Below are positions 48,190 through 60,102 of a stretch of DNA of 64,000 nucleotides, piece by piece. Made by a program: the position numbers and the translations under genes. The DNA comes from Gammaproteobacteria bacterium (GTDB lineage Bacteria > Pseudomonadota > Gammaproteobacteria > Chromatiales > Chromatiaceae). Each line of letters begins with the position of its first letter. Positions within the stretch are counted from its first letter, which is position 1. The notes beneath the pieces are model-generated. The model was given only the letters and a program-made list of their open reading frames with translations. It was not told where the DNA came from and searched no databases. The stretch lies in contig JARRMY010000001.1 in NCBI GenBank assembly GCA_037385505.1, positions 7,025 through 71,024 on the forward strand. The letters are read 5' to 3'.

Positions 48190-48762
48190 ATGGCAACCTA
48201 CAATACCAACGAATTCCGTGGTGGTCTCAAGATCATGCTCGATGGCGATCCATATTCCATCATCGAAAACGAATTCGTCAAACCCGGAAAAGGCCAGGCC
48301 TTCAACCGGGTGAAGATCCGCAACCTCAAGAGCGGGCGCGTGATCGAGAAAACCTTCAGATCCGGCGAGAGCGTCGAGGCCGCCGATGTCGTGGATCTCG
48401 ATCTGCAGTACCTCTACAACGACGGCGAGTTCTGGCACTTCATGCATCCCGACACCTTCGAGCAGTACCAGGCCGGCGAGACAGCCGTCGGCGATGCGGT
48501 CAACTGGATCAAGGAGCAGGACATCTGTTCCGTCACCCTCTGGAACGGCGAGCCGCTGAGTGTCGAGGCCCCGAATTTCGTCATCCTGAAAATCGTCGAG
48601 ACCGATCCGGGACTCAAGGGCGACACCTCCGGCGGTGGCGGCAAGCCGGCGACGCTCGAGACAGGTGCCGTGGTCCGCGTTCCACTGTTCGTTCAGATCG
48701 ACGAACTCATCAAGGTCGACACCCGCAGTGGTGAGTATGTATCTCGCGCCAAGGAAGAATGA
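48190..48762 (+). CDS. efp: Elongation factor P
   Basis: The ATG at 48190 has GAGGA upstream. [19 protein letters not shown]...VKPGKGQAF (modifiable Lys loop). Confidence 0.97.
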   Translation: MATYNTNEFRGGLKIMLDGDPYSIIENEFVKPGKGQAFNRVKIRNLKSGRVIEKTFRSGESVEAADVVDLDLQYLYNDGEFWHFMHPDTFEQYQAGETAVGDAVNWIKEQDICSVTLWNGEPLSVEAPNFVILKIVETDPGLKGDTSGGGGKPATLETGAVVRVPLFVQIDELIKVDTRSGEYVSRAKEE

Positions 48763-49730
48763 CAGCCTGGCGGCCATCGGCCTCGCTGGAGATGCTCAGG
48801 GACAGGGCCCTGCTGCTGTCGCAAGTCAGGCAGTTCTTCGCCGAGAGGGACGTGCTCGAGGTCGACACGCCCGTCCTCTCGCACGCTGCCAATCCCGATG
48901 CCGCCATCGACTCGATCCACGCCCTGGTCAGTCCTGCGGGAGGAAGTGAGGCCTCCCTGAACTGCTACCTGCAGACCTCCCCGGAGTTCTCCATGAAACG
49001 CCTGCTCGCCGCAGGCTCCGGCCCGATCTATCAGTTGTGTCATGTCTTTCGCGATGGCGAGTCGGGCCGCTGGCACAATCCTGAATTCACCATGCTGGAA
49101 TGGTATCGTCCCGGTTTCGATATGCAGCAGCTCATGGACGAGGTCGAGACACTCATGCGCGAGCTGCTGCCAGCTTCGAGCGGTCCGGCAGAGCGCATCG
49201 ACTATCACACGCTTTTCAGGCGCTGTACCGGCGTCGATCTCAGGCGCGCTTCGGCAAGCGAGATCCGGCGGCTCGCGGCAGACTACGGCGTCGTCCTGCC
49301 AGAACGGAATCCCGATGAAGGCCTGGTGGAGATCCTGTTCGATCTCGCGACGGAGTCCTGGATGCGCGAGCGCGAGGGGGTTATCGTGCACCAGTTTCCA
49401 TGCTCCCAGGCCGCGCTGGCCAGGCTCCGGGATGACGACCCCTCCGTCGCACTGCGATTCGAGTATTACTACCGCGGCGTCGAGCTTGCAAACGGCTTCC
49501 AGGAGTTGTCCGAGCCGGTCGAACAGCAACGGCGCTTCAATGCCGAGAACAGCCTGCGCGAGCGCCTCGGGAAACCGCGCATGCCGCTCGACGAACATTT
49601 CATTGCCGCACTGCGGCACGGTCTGCCCGATTGTTCGGGCGTGGCCGCAGGCATCGATCGCATACTGATGCTGCGCAACCGGCGCAACGAGATTGCGGAT
49701 GTCCTGGCATTTCCCTTCTCCCGCGCATGA
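48759..49730 (+). CDS. epmA: EF-P--(R)-beta-lysine ligase
   Basis: 323 aa with a class II LysRS-like catalytic core ([20 protein letters not shown]). Overlaps the efp stop. Confidence 0.9.
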   Translation: MTAWRPSASLEMLRDRALLLSQVRQFFAERDVLEVDTPVLSHAANPDAAIDSIHALVSPAGGSEASLNCYLQTSPEFSMKRLLAAGSGPIYQLCHVFRDGESGRWHNPEFTMLEWYRPGFDMQQLMDEVETLMRELLPASSGPAERIDYHTLFRRCTGVDLRRASASEIRRLAADYGVVLPERNPDEGLVEILFDLATESWMREREGVIVHQFPCSQAALARLRDDDPSVALRFEYYYRGVELANGFQELSEPVEQQRRFNAENSLRERLGKPRMPLDEHFIAALRHGLPDCSGVAAGIDRILMLRNRRNEIADVLAFPFSRA

Positions 49731-49752
49731 CGACCAGAGGATCAACTGAATC

Positions 49753-52377
49753 ATGGTAATACGTCTAATTATCAAGGGGCTGGCCGCGATCCTGCTGCTG
49801 ATGCTGCTCGTGGCTGTCGCCGTGATCGCGCTCTTCGATCCCAACGACTACAAAAAACAGATCGAAGCGGCTGTCGAGCAGACGACCGGCCGTCCCCTGG
49901 CCCTGAATGCGCCGCTGGAGTGGACCCTCTATCCCTGGCTGGGCATGCGCACAGGCGACGTGACTCTTGGCAACAGTAAGGGATTCGACGAGGGCCATCT
50001 GCTGTCGGCGCAACAGGCCTCCTTGCGGGTCAAGCTGCTGCCGCTCCTCAAGGGCGAACTCGTCACCGATACCGTGCTCCTCGATGGCGCAGAGATTCAT
50101 ATGCAGGTGAGGGAGGACGGCAGGGATAACTGGTCCGACCTCTTCACAGGCAAGGGCGGGGAACCCGCAGGCGCAACAGACACCAGTCTCAGGCGTATCA
50201 ACATCAACGGGACGGATATTCGCAATTCCGTCATGACCTACGCAGATCGCACGACGGGTCGTGAATACCGTCTCGATATCAGGCAAGCCCAGACCGGGAT
50301 CATCGACATGGAATCACCGATCCCGCTCACACTCGACATGACACTTTCGGGAACCGGCGTGCCTGCAACCAGCATCCTCTTCAACGGAAGCGTGACTACG
50401 GATCTTGCTCGCCGCTCGTGGAGCATTGCCAACCTCAAGTTGACCCTGACACCCGACAAGCAGCCCGCGCTGCGGCTGCGCGGTGGTATCGAGGTCGATA
50501 TGCAGGCCCGGACACTCCTGCTGAGCGACTTTCGCCTGGAGCGGGAGCAGGCGCTCGCATCGGGAGAGCTTCTTCTGCATGGCTTCGAAGGCATCCCGTC
50601 GATGCGCGGCCACATCCTGTTGCGCGACTTTGTCCCGGGTGCCATCCTGGCGCTTGCCGGCGATCACGCCTTGCATGACCCGCTCATGCATCTGCCGTTC
50701 TCCGGAAGTCTCCGGTTCGAGGCTGACAGGAACAGCATGAAGGTTCCCGCTTTCGACCTGAGTGTCGATGGCGAAAGGTTTTCCGGCAGTCTCGACGCGT
50801 CCTCGCTGGACCCGTTGCATGCCAGCTTCAGGCTGGATGCCGGCAACCTCGATCCCGACAAGTATCTTTCGCGGGAGCAGGCACACGACACGGCGAACGG
50901 TGGGGAGGGTGTCGCATCGATCCCGGCACAGGCGCAGATGCGGCTGACGGGAGACGTGAGGATCGCGTCCGTGAAACACGGCGCTCTGCAGGCCAAAAAC
51001 ATCGCCTTCGCTCTGGATCATCAGCGGAATGTCATGAAGCTCGACAGGCTCTCCGCCGATGTGCTCGGCATTCCCGTCACTGGAGCAGTGACGCTGTCGG
51101 ATCCTGCCGGTCGGATCAGTTATGCGGGAAGCCTGAAGCTCGCGCGTTTCAATCCCGTCTCCGTCATGAAGGAGCTTGGTATGGTGGCACCCGTCACCCG
51201 TGACGACAAGGTGCTGTCGAGCGCTTCGGGAAGCATCGAGTTCGCCGGAGACCTGCAGCATGCCCGCCTGACGAGCCGCGGCTTTCGTATCGACGACTCC
51301 ACCATCTCCGGCAGCCTGACCCTGAAGGACTTTGCCGATGCGTCATATGGCTTCGATCTCGACATCGACGCCATCGATCTCGATCGCTACCTGCCACCCG
51401 CAGGCGGTCCCGCCGACGGCGGTTCATCGGGTGATGCACGAGAGGCACTTCGCCTGCCGGAACTCTCTGGTCGCGTCGCGATCGGGATGCTCGAGGTTGC
51501 GGATATCCGGCTCGGGGACTTCACGACCGCCATTGAGGCCGCGGGTTCCAGGCTGCGGCTCGCGGAGATGTCCGGTCGCCTCTATGAAGGGAGTTTCAGC
51601 GGTGACATCCGGCTCGACGCAACGGACAGCCTGCTGTCGTGGACTGCGAACGAGACGTTCACCGGCGTCTCAGCGGGGCCGCTTCTGAAAGCCCTGGCTG
51701 ACAGCGACAGGCTGAGCGGAACCCTGGACATGCAGAGTTCGCTGAGCGGCAGCGGGACGAGCATGGAAGAGATCCTCTCAAGTCTCAGCGGCACGGCCAG
51801 TTTCGATGTCCGCAATGGCTCCATCAGGGGCGTCAACATCGCGCGGGCATTGCGCGAGGTCAAGGCAAGACTCCGCGGCGAACCTGCCGGCGATGGTGAG
51901 GGCGGCGAGCAGAAAACCGATTTCACCCGACTGCAGGGGACTGCCACGATCAGGAACGGCATCCTGACCAACAGGGATCTCGTCGCCAAGTCGCCTTTTC
52001 TGCGCGTGACGGGTGACGGCAGCATCGATCTCGGTGCCGGCAGGATGAACTACCTGACCAATGTGAAGGTCGTCAAGACCGGCGAGGGGCAGGGCGGGAA
52101 GGAGTTCCCGGAACTCGAGGGATTGATCATCCCGCTGCGCATCGAGGGCCCGTTCAACAACCTGAGTTATTCCCCGGATATCGAGTCGTTACTCGGGGGG
52201 CGCGCGGCGCAGGAATTCGAGAAACAGAAAGAGGAACTCCGGGAGATGGCAAGAGAGCGACTCGGAGAGCGACTCGGGCGCGAAGAGGAAGATGCCGGCG
52301 AGAACAGCGGGAAGAGTGCCGGCGAGGGACTCGAGGAGGAACTCGGGCAGACACTCCTGGAGGGCCTCGGACTCTGA
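49753..52377 (+). CDS. AsmA family protein
   Basis: 874 aa with an N-terminal anchor MVIRLIIKGLAAILLLMLLVAVAVIALF and a long beta-rich body. C-terminal part similar to AsmA. Confidence 0.75.
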   Translation: MVIRLIIKGLAAILLLMLLVAVAVIALFDPNDYKKQIEAAVEQTTGRPLALNAPLEWTLYPWLGMRTGDVTLGNSKGFDEGHLLSAQQASLRVKLLPLLKGELVTDTVLLDGAEIHMQVREDGRDNWSDLFTGKGGEPAGATDTSLRRININGTDIRNSVMTYADRTTGREYRLDIRQAQTGIIDMESPIPLTLDMTLSGTGVPATSILFNGSVTTDLARRSWSIANLKLTLTPDKQPALRLRGGIEVDMQARTLLLSDFRLEREQALASGELLLHGFEGIPSMRGHILLRDFVPGAILALAGDHALHDPLMHLPFSGSLRFEADRNSMKVPAFDLSVDGERFSGSLDASSLDPLHASFRLDAGNLDPDKYLSREQAHDTANGGEGVASIPAQAQMRLTGDVRIASVKHGALQAKNIAFALDHQRNVMKLDRLSADVLGIPVTGAVTLSDPAGRISYAGSLKLARFNPVSVMKELGMVAPVTRDDKVLSSASGSIEFAGDLQHARLTSRGFRIDDSTISGSLTLKDFADASYGFDLDIDAIDLDRYLPPAGGPADGGSSGDAREALRLPELSGRVAIGMLEVADIRLGDFTTAIEAAGSRLRLAEMSGRLYEGSFSGDIRLDATDSLLSWTANETFTGVSAGPLLKALADSDRLSGTLDMQSSLSGSGTSMEEILSSLSGTASFDVRNGSIRGVNIARALREVKARLRGEPAGDGEGGEQKTDFTRLQGTATIRNGILTNRDLVAKSPFLRVTGDGSIDLGAGRMNYLTNVKVVKTGEGQGGKEFPELEGLIIPLRIEGPFNNLSYSPDIESLLGGRAAQEFEKQKEELREMARERLGERLGREEEDAGENSGKSAGEGLEEELGQTLLEGLGL

Positions 52378-52380
52378 GGC

Positions 52381-53208
52381 CTACTTCTCCGCGACCAGGT
52401 AGCAGATCCAGCCGGCATCCGCGTCGGCGCTCGTGACAATCTCGAAGTCGCCGTCACTTTCACCGTCCTCGTCATAACCCTGCCACCAGGTCGTGACACG
52501 GCGAAAACCTGATTCCGCCAGAATGTCACGGATCTCGGGCAGGGTCCACAGTCGCCAGTCGTAGCGAAACGCCTGTTCCATGCGCGTGCCGTCGGGGAAA
52601 TCAAAATGGATATTGCAGACCAGGCCGTTGTCGACAGGGTTGAAGCTTTCCTGCTCCCAGACGTAGGTGAAGCGATAGCCATCTTCCTCGATCTCCCGCT
52701 CCTCGGTGACCTCCTGAAAGGCTTCATAGCCGCCGTAGGCGTCCAGGAAGAGAATGCCGTCATCGGTCAGCGACTTGCAGGCACGCCTGAAATAGCGCTT
52801 CAGTGTGTCGCGCTCCTTGAACAGCCAGTAGCTGAAATTCATGGCTGCGATGGCGTCCGCTTTCTCCGTTTTCACCGTGAGCACGTTCTTGTTGTGCAAT
52901 GTGACGCGGCGCTGTTGCGCCTTTCCGAGTCTGGCCAGGTGGTGTTCTGTCCCCCATTCGAGTACGTCCTGGTCAAGATCCACGCCGATCGCCCGGTTGC
53001 GAGGGTGTCTGCTGACCCATTCGCAACAGACCGCGGCTGTCCCGCAGAAATCCTCCCGCAACAGGCGCGCACTGCGTTTTCTGAAGCGCTTGAAGGTGTT
53101 CTCGATGAACTCCACCTCGGCTTCCGGGCACTGCACCGAATACTCGTAGAGCTGATGTTTGTGGAGGGTTCCGGCCCTGGAAATCCTGCGTTTTTTGTTC
53201 TTCGACAT
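52381..53208 (-). CDS. Class I SAM-dependent methyltransferase
   Basis: 275 aa with LLREDFCGTAAV (motif I-like) and AIGVDLD. Confidence 0.65.
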   Translation of the reverse strand: MSKNKKRRISRAGTLHKHQLYEYSVQCPEAEVEFIENTFKRFRKRSARLLREDFCGTAAVCCEWVSRHPRNRAIGVDLDQDVLEWGTEHHLARLGKAQQRRVTLHNKNVLTVKTEKADAIAAMNFSYWLFKERDTLKRYFRRACKSLTDDGILFLDAYGGYEAFQEVTEEREIEEDGYRFTYVWEQESFNPVDNGLVCNIHFDFPDGTRMEQAFRYDWRLWTLPEIRDILAESGFRRVTTWWQGYDEDGESDGDFEIVTSADADAGWICYLVAEK

Positions 53209-53397
53209 CGTCAGTCAAGCCGCTCTGGTTTGTCGCTGTTCGGAGAATGATTTTCGGCCGAATGCGGCCAGCGGCTATTGTGACACCAACACACGGGATG
53301 AGACAGCATATTTCTGACGCTGCATGGAGTTAAGGAGGAAATCGGCGACTCATGGCTATATAATGCCGGCAATCCTCAACGATAGCGGGAGAGTGTT

Positions 53398-53634
53398 TTG
53401 GAAACAGAAGCCATAGTTGATCTCATCAGGGCGGGCCTGCCTGGCGCCGATGTCAAGGTGACCGGTGATGGGCGCCATTTCGAAGCAGTCGTTGTCAGTC
53501 CCGATTTCGAGGGCAAATCCCTCATTCAACGTCACCGCATGGTCATGAATACGGTGCAACAACAGATTGCATCCGACGAGCTGCATGCACTCTCGATCAA
53601 GGCTTACACTCCCGGGCAGGCTGCAAACTCCTGA
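53398..53634 (+). CDS. ibaG: BolA family protein (IbaG-like)
   Basis: The TTG start has GGGAGAG 4 nt upstream. VTGDGRHFEAVVVSPDFEGKSLIQRHRMV...HALSIKAYTP. Confidence 0.8.
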   Translation: METEAIVDLIRAGLPGADVKVTGDGRHFEAVVVSPDFEGKSLIQRHRMVMNTVQQQIASDELHALSIKAYTPGQAANS

Positions 53635-53670
53635 GTCAGCGACAGCATCCATGCCCGAGACCGACAGCCT

Positions 53671-54219
53671 GTGAGTCTTCTGCGCCAGATCCCGAATGTC
53701 ATCAGCGTCTTCAGGATACTGCTGGTTATCCCGATCATCGTGCTGATGCTCAGGGAAGAGTACGCACAGGCGCTGATCCTGTTTGCAGTGGCCGGGGTTT
53801 CGGATGGTCTCGACGGCTTCCTTGCGAAGCGCTTTCAATGGCAGACCTGGATCGGCGGCGTGCTCGATCCGCTCGCCGACAAGGTGCTGCTGGTCTCCAC
53901 CTTTCTTGCCCTCGGATGGCTCGGACGCCTGCCCTGGTGGCTTGTGGGGCTGGTGTTCCTGCGTGACCTCGTTATTGTCGCCGGCGCGCTCATTTACCAC
54001 TACCGCATCGGCAAGGTCAATGCAGAGCCGACGATCATCAGCAAGGTCAACACCTTCATGCAGATCCTGCTGGTGCTGGTCGCCATGCTGGCGCAGATCT
54101 TCGCCTTGCCCGCGCCGCTGGTCACAATCCTCATCTACCTCGTCGCCGTGACGACCGTTATCAGTGGCCTCGATTACGTCATCAAGTGGGGCAGGAGGGC
54201 CAGCGTTGTTCACAAGTGA
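53671..54219 (+). CDS. CDP-alcohol phosphatidyltransferase family protein (PgsA-like)
   Basis: GTG start. IPNVISVFRILLVIPI, and a DG(x)2DG(x)2AR...G(x)3DPxADK-type motif (SDGLDGFLAKRF...GGVLDPLADK). Confidence 0.8.
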   Translation: MSLLRQIPNVISVFRILLVIPIIVLMLREEYAQALILFAVAGVSDGLDGFLAKRFQWQTWIGGVLDPLADKVLLVSTFLALGWLGRLPWWLVGLVFLRDLVIVAGALIYHYRIGKVNAEPTIISKVNTFMQILLVLVAMLAQIFALPAPLVTILIYLVAVTTVISGLDYVIKWGRRASVVHK

Positions 54220-55297
54220 ATCCCAGCGCTGGTATGTGCTCGCACTGCTCCTGTTCACAGGCTGGCTGCTGTATCTGCTTTCGCCGATCCTGACGCCCTT
54301 TGTCGTCAGCGCGCTGCTTGCCTACCTTGGCGACCCGCTCGTCGACCGGCTCGAGGCCCGCAAGATCAGGCGCAGTGTCGCCGTGACCATCGTTTTCGTG
54401 CTGATCCTGCTGCTCATGCTGATTCTCGCGATCGTGATCATGCCGCAACTCGAAAACCAGATCAGCAAGCTTGTGAAGCAAATCCCCCTCTACATCGAAT
54501 GGACCAGGACGACACTGCTTCCCTGGGTCGAGGAGCGTTTCGGCCGATACATCAACCTGCCCGATATGGAACAGCTGCAGCTGCTGCTCTCGGAGAACTG
54601 GAAAGAGGCGGGCGGCACCATTCTGGGCATGCTCGACAAGATCTCGCAGTCCGGATTCACGCTGCTCGGCTGGGTGGCCAACATCGTGCTGATCCCGGTG
54701 CTGACGTTCTACCTGCTGAGAGACTGGGACCGACTCGTGTCAGGTATCCATATTCTGCTTCCACGTTCGATCGAGCCCACGGTTGCACGGCTTGCGAGTG
54801 AATCCGACGAGATGCTCGGTGCCTTCCTGCGCGGCCAGATTCTCGTCATGGCCGCACTTGGTATCATCTACACCACAGGCCTGACGATTGTCGGTCTCGA
54901 TTTTGCGCTGCTGATCGGCATGCTCGCCGGCCTTGTGAGTTTCGTTCCCTACCTCGGACTCATCATCGGCATCCTGCTGGCCGGTATCGCCGCGATCATG
55001 CAGTTCAAGGGGATCGAGATGCTGCCGTGGGTGGTGCTGGTCTTCATCGCCGGCCAGCTCGTCGAGGGCATGTACCTGACACCGAAATTCGTCGGCGACA
55101 GGATCGGCATGCATCCGGTCGCGGTGATTTTCGCGATCATGGCCGGCGGACAGCTCTATGGTTTTTTCGGCATCCTGCTGGCGTTGCCGATCGCATCCGT
55201 GGCCATGGTCCTGGTGAAACATGCCGTCGAGCATTACCGCACAAGCGGTCTCTACATCGGCAATCAGCCAGCGTCCGAGATCATCGACAGGGATTGA
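54206..55297 (+). CDS. AI-2E family transporter (PerM/YhhT-like)
   Basis: Multi-TM protein. The ORF is open from 54164, and the start is uncertain (TTG 54206 chosen to limit overlap with the upstream gene). Confidence 0.7.
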   Translation: MFTSESQRWYVLALLLFTGWLLYLLSPILTPFVVSALLAYLGDPLVDRLEARKIRRSVAVTIVFVLILLLMLILAIVIMPQLENQISKLVKQIPLYIEWTRTTLLPWVEERFGRYINLPDMEQLQLLLSENWKEAGGTILGMLDKISQSGFTLLGWVANIVLIPVLTFYLLRDWDRLVSGIHILLPRSIEPTVARLASESDEMLGAFLRGQILVMAALGIIYTTGLTIVGLDFALLIGMLAGLVSFVPYLGLIIGILLAGIAAIMQFKGIEMLPWVVLVFIAGQLVEGMYLTPKFVGDRIGMHPVAVIFAIMAGGQLYGFFGILLALPIASVAMVLVKHAVEHYRTSGLYIGNQPASEIIDRD

Positions 55298-55967
55298 CGC
55301 AGGAAGGGAATCGTCAGCTTTTGCTTGGCGGCGAGCGAGCGCCTGTCGAGTTTTTCCATCAGCGCCACGAGCTCGTGCACATCGCGTGAATAGCGTCTCA
55401 GCAGGTAATCCGCTGCGTCCCCGTTCATCGCCATGCCTTTCTCATCGGCAATCTGCAACAACAGCTGCCGCTTCCCCTCGTCATCCAGGGGCAACAGCTG
55501 GTAACTCGCGCCCCAGGCCAGGCGTGAATGCAGATCCGGCAACTCCACTGGCAGTTGCGCCAGGCTGCAGTCGCTCGCGATCAGCAGCCGGCCGTCGCGT
55601 TCACGGACGCGGTTGTAGAGATGGAACAGCGCCTCCTCCCAGGCTGCATCACGGGCAATCCGCTCAATATCATCGATGCAGACAAGGTCGTATTCCTCCA
55701 GATCGGCGAGCATTCGGGTATCGAGAGACGCCTGATCCCTCATCGACAGGTAGATTGCCTGCAGGCCTGCTTCGGCTGCGGCGTTCGTTGCGGCAAGCAG
55801 GAGATGCGTCTTTCCACAGGCCTTGCCCCAGAGGTAGATGGCGTTTGCTACCGGTTCCGTGACGAGCCGCTGCGTCGCGACCAGCGCTTTGTCGTTGCCC
55901 TTCTCGATGAAGTTGACGAATGACGGTCTGCGCGTACGCGAGAGTTTCAGCGTGAACTGTCGTGACA

Positions 55968-55968
<1 letters not shown>
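55264..55968 (-). CDS. hda: DnaA regulatory inactivator Hda
   Basis: 234 aa with an AAA+-like region IYLWGKACGKTHLL and a DnaA-homology region. The 3' end overlaps the convergent gene by 34 nt. Confidence 0.8.
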
Positions 55969-57237
<1,269 letters not shown>

Positions 57238-57349
57238 CTTTCCGTTTCCGTCCTGAATTCAGGTAGCGAAATATTGTAACTGAAGCATGCAAAAAATCAG
57301 GATTTCATTGTAGTATCACTGTCATGACTCGCGCTGGTGAGATTTTTTT

Positions 57350-57835
57350 ATGAATGGATACCTGATTGCCCTGCTTTTGCTGTTATCGATGCCGGTCTCG
57401 GCAAGCATGCAGCCAGAAAATGATTTATTATTGAATGACTTGGAAAACAGACTTCATAAACTAAGTGAATACCGTGGCAAGTGGGTCGTGGTGAACTACT
57501 GGGCCACGTGGTGTTCGCCATGCCGTGATGAAATACCGGACCTCGTCGATTTTCATGAAAAACACAAGGCGGACAAGGCCGTGGTGCTCGGCGTCAACCA
57601 CGAGTACGCCACGCTTGGTGAGCTCAGGAAATTCAAGAGAGAATACCAGATCACCTATCCGCTGCTGAGGTCGTCACCCGTCAATCCAGGCATCGTCGGT
57701 GTCATCCAGGGATTGCCCACAACCTTCATTGTCACCCCCGATGGTGCCGTTGTTGCCTATGAGAGCGGCCCGGTCACAGCAGACATGATCGAGGCCTACA
57801 TCGAAACCTTCGAGAACGATCAGGAGCAAAAATGA
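57350..57835 (+). CDS. Periplasmic TlpA/ResA-like thiol:disulfide oxidoreductase
   Basis: 161 aa with a signal peptide and the WATWCSPC active site. Confidence 0.8.
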   Translation: MNGYLIALLLLLSMPVSASMQPENDLLLNDLENRLHKLSEYRGKWVVVNYWATWCSPCRDEIPDLVDFHEKHKADKAVVLGVNHEYATLGELRKFKREYQITYPLLRSSPVNPGIVGVIQGLPTTFIVTPDGAVVAYESGPVTADMIEAYIETFENDQEQK

Positions 57836-58377
57836 CCCATCGAGTTCTGTTGCCGGCTTTTTTCCTGCTCTTTGGAGCTCTCGCGCAGGCAGTCGAGTTG
57901 CGCGATCCCGGCTCCTACTTCTTCAGCGAGACATTCGGTGACATGACCGAAGAGATCGACAATGCAATCGACGAGGATAAAAAAGCCATTCTCATCATGT
58001 TCGAGATGGACGAATGTCCCTATTGCCATCGCATGAAATCGACTGTCCTGAATCGCAAGGATGTCCAGGAATTCTTCAGGGAGCATTTCCTGATCCTGAG
58101 CATGGACGTCGAAGGCGACCAGGAGATGACCGACTTCAACGGCGAGACGACGGTCGAGAAGGATTTCGCCCTGAAACAGTTCCGCGTCCGCGCAACCCCC
58201 GTCTTCCAGTTCATCGACCTCGAGGGCCAGCCGATCAAGCGTGCGCGCTTCACGGGTGCGACCGGCAGTGCCGAGGAATTCATGCTGCTTGGGCAATATG
58301 TCATCGACAAGGAGTACGAAAAGATGTCATTCACCAGGTACAAGCGGGAGCGGCTCAAGGACGAGAACAACAGCTGA
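57832..58377 (+). CDS. Periplasmic thioredoxin-fold protein (CPYC)
   Basis: 181 aa with a signal peptide and FEMDECPYCHRMK. ATGA overlap with the upstream gene. Confidence 0.65.
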   Translation: MTHRVLLPAFFLLFGALAQAVELRDPGSYFFSETFGDMTEEIDNAIDEDKKAILIMFEMDECPYCHRMKSTVLNRKDVQEFFREHFLILSMDVEGDQEMTDFNGETTVEKDFALKQFRVRATPVFQFIDLEGQPIKRARFTGATGSAEEFMLLGQYVIDKEYEKMSFTRYKRERLKDENNS

Positions 58378-59345
58378 TGCTGCGCCCTTATCGCTCCCTG
58401 GCGCTGGTCGTGCTGGCATTTCTCTGGCTGACAGAGACGCTACGGGCAGAGCCGCTTCCGAAATATCTCACGCTCGAAACGGCGCTTTCCTTCGTCGACG
58501 AGCAGCATCCCGGAGTCAGGCTTTCAGGCAAGGAGCAACTCGCACGCAGGCTGCGCGCCTGTCTCGAACCCGCGAGTGCGCTGATCAATACCCCTTTGCC
58601 TGACTCGCAATGCGGCTACTGGCACTTTCTCTCCGCCAGGCAGCAACAGCAGTTGCTCGTCATGCGGCGTTTCTTCGACGTTGCCCTGGCCGACAAGGCA
58701 GCCGCGCGAGACAACGAGGCCATGGCGATCGGATTCATCGACTTCGACCGGGCAAGCCGGCGCATGGAACTCGGGCAGGTCTCTGAAATCGAGGTCGCGG
58801 AACTCGATACCCTCTACCAGGAAGTCCGCAGTCGTACGCTCGCGAGCCAGGCGCTTCAGCGCAGCGCACGCTCGCTGCTGGCGATCGCCATGAACCGGCC
58901 GAAATCCTTTGTCGAGGAAGTGAGGATCCCGGATCTGAAAAAATTCATGGAGTGGAAAAAACCGGCTGACGAACAGAAACTCCACGAGACCATCGCGCAA
59001 AACAACCCTGTGCTCGCGAATATTGCGGAACTGGCTGACGAGGCGATGGGCCAGCTGGCTTCGCAGTATCTGCGTCACGCCGCGCTCGAGCTGCTGCTGG
59101 CGATCGACATCCACCAGGCGCATCGCCAGCAGGCGGATGTTCACATGCATTACCGCGACCTCTATCTCGACAGGAGCCGCACGCTCTACGAATTCGAGGT
59201 CAAGGCCGATCTCGGCGACGCCATGACGGCCCAGACGGCGTCACGTGTCGAGAAGATGGAGGCCGACTTCGATCTCGTGATGGCGATTGCAACCCTGCAG
59301 ATGCTGCAGGGGAAAACACTGGATGAACTCTTCGATGAAAACTAG
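58377..59345 (+). CDS. Short TolC/outer-membrane-efflux-protein-like protein
   Basis: The ATG at 58377 (TGATG overlap) gives a signal peptide followed by LTLETALSFVDEQHPGV. Two OEP-like helical repeats, but only 322 aa. Confidence 0.5.
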   Translation: MLRPYRSLALVVLAFLWLTETLRAEPLPKYLTLETALSFVDEQHPGVRLSGKEQLARRLRACLEPASALINTPLPDSQCGYWHFLSARQQQQLLVMRRFFDVALADKAAARDNEAMAIGFIDFDRASRRMELGQVSEIEVAELDTLYQEVRSRTLASQALQRSARSLLAIAMNRPKSFVEEVRIPDLKKFMEWKKPADEQKLHETIAQNNPVLANIAELADEAMGQLASQYLRHAALELLLAIDIHQAHRQQADVHMHYRDLYLDRSRTLYEFEVKADLGDAMTAQTASRVEKMEADFDLVMAIATLQMLQGKTLDELFDEN

Positions 59346-60102
59346 ATCGCTTTTCCTGCTGATTCTGCTGCTTTTCCACCTGCCGGCATATGCCGAAGAA
59401 CTGCGCGCCAGGCTCGAGTGGGCGCACACCGTCGATCTGCGTGCGTTCGAGAGCGGCGTCGTGCAGCAGGTCAACGTCCTCGAGGGACAGAGTGTCAGCA
59501 AGGGCGATGTGCTGATCAGTCTCGATCCGCGCGACTTCGACCTGACGATCCAGAGCGCCAGGGCCAAGCTGAAGCAGGCTGAAGCGGTTCTCGACAAGGC
59601 AGCGCGCGAGCTGGAGTGGGAGACAGAGCTTTACGACCAGGGCCTCATCTCCAGCAACGAGCTGCGGGACCACACCATTGCAAATCTCGACGCCGAGGCA
59701 CGCGTCGAGGAGGCGAAGGCGGCGCTCGCCACTGCCGAGCTTGCCAGGGAGCGAGCGGTCATCAAGGCTCCGTTCGACGGTGTTGTCACCGCTATCCGCT
59801 CCTGGCAAGGGCAGGTGGTTCTCAAGACGCTGCAGCAAGATCCATTGATCGAGATGGCGGAGGGTGGCCGCATGGTTGCCAGAACGCGGGTTTCAGCGAG
59901 CAGTATCGGCAAGTACGAGTCCCGGCAGCCCGCCCGGGTTCTGATTGGCGACCGCTGGCGGGACGGCTATATCTATCGCATCGGCACCATTTCCGAGGGT
60001 GTGCTGGAGCAGGGTGTCGCCTATGCAGTCGATATCATGTTCAGTCTCGAGAACGGCGAAACCATGCGCCCGGGCCACTTCTGCACGGTCAAGATCCTGT
60101 GA
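59335..60102 (+). CDS. Short HlyD/MFP-like periplasmic adaptor protein
   Basis: The ATG at 59335 gives a signal peptide. Lipoyl-like half VQQVNVLEGQSVSKGDVLISLD, a coiled-coil hairpin, then IKAPFDGVVTAI. Confidence 0.65.
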   Translation: MKTRSLFLLILLLFHLPAYAEELRARLEWAHTVDLRAFESGVVQQVNVLEGQSVSKGDVLISLDPRDFDLTIQSARAKLKQAEAVLDKAARELEWETELYDQGLISSNELRDHTIANLDAEARVEEAKAALATAELARERAVIKAPFDGVVTAIRSWQGQVVLKTLQQDPLIEMAEGGRMVARTRVSASSIGKYESRQPARVLIGDRWRDGYIYRIGTISEGVLEQGVAYAVDIMFSLENGETMRPGHFCTVKIL

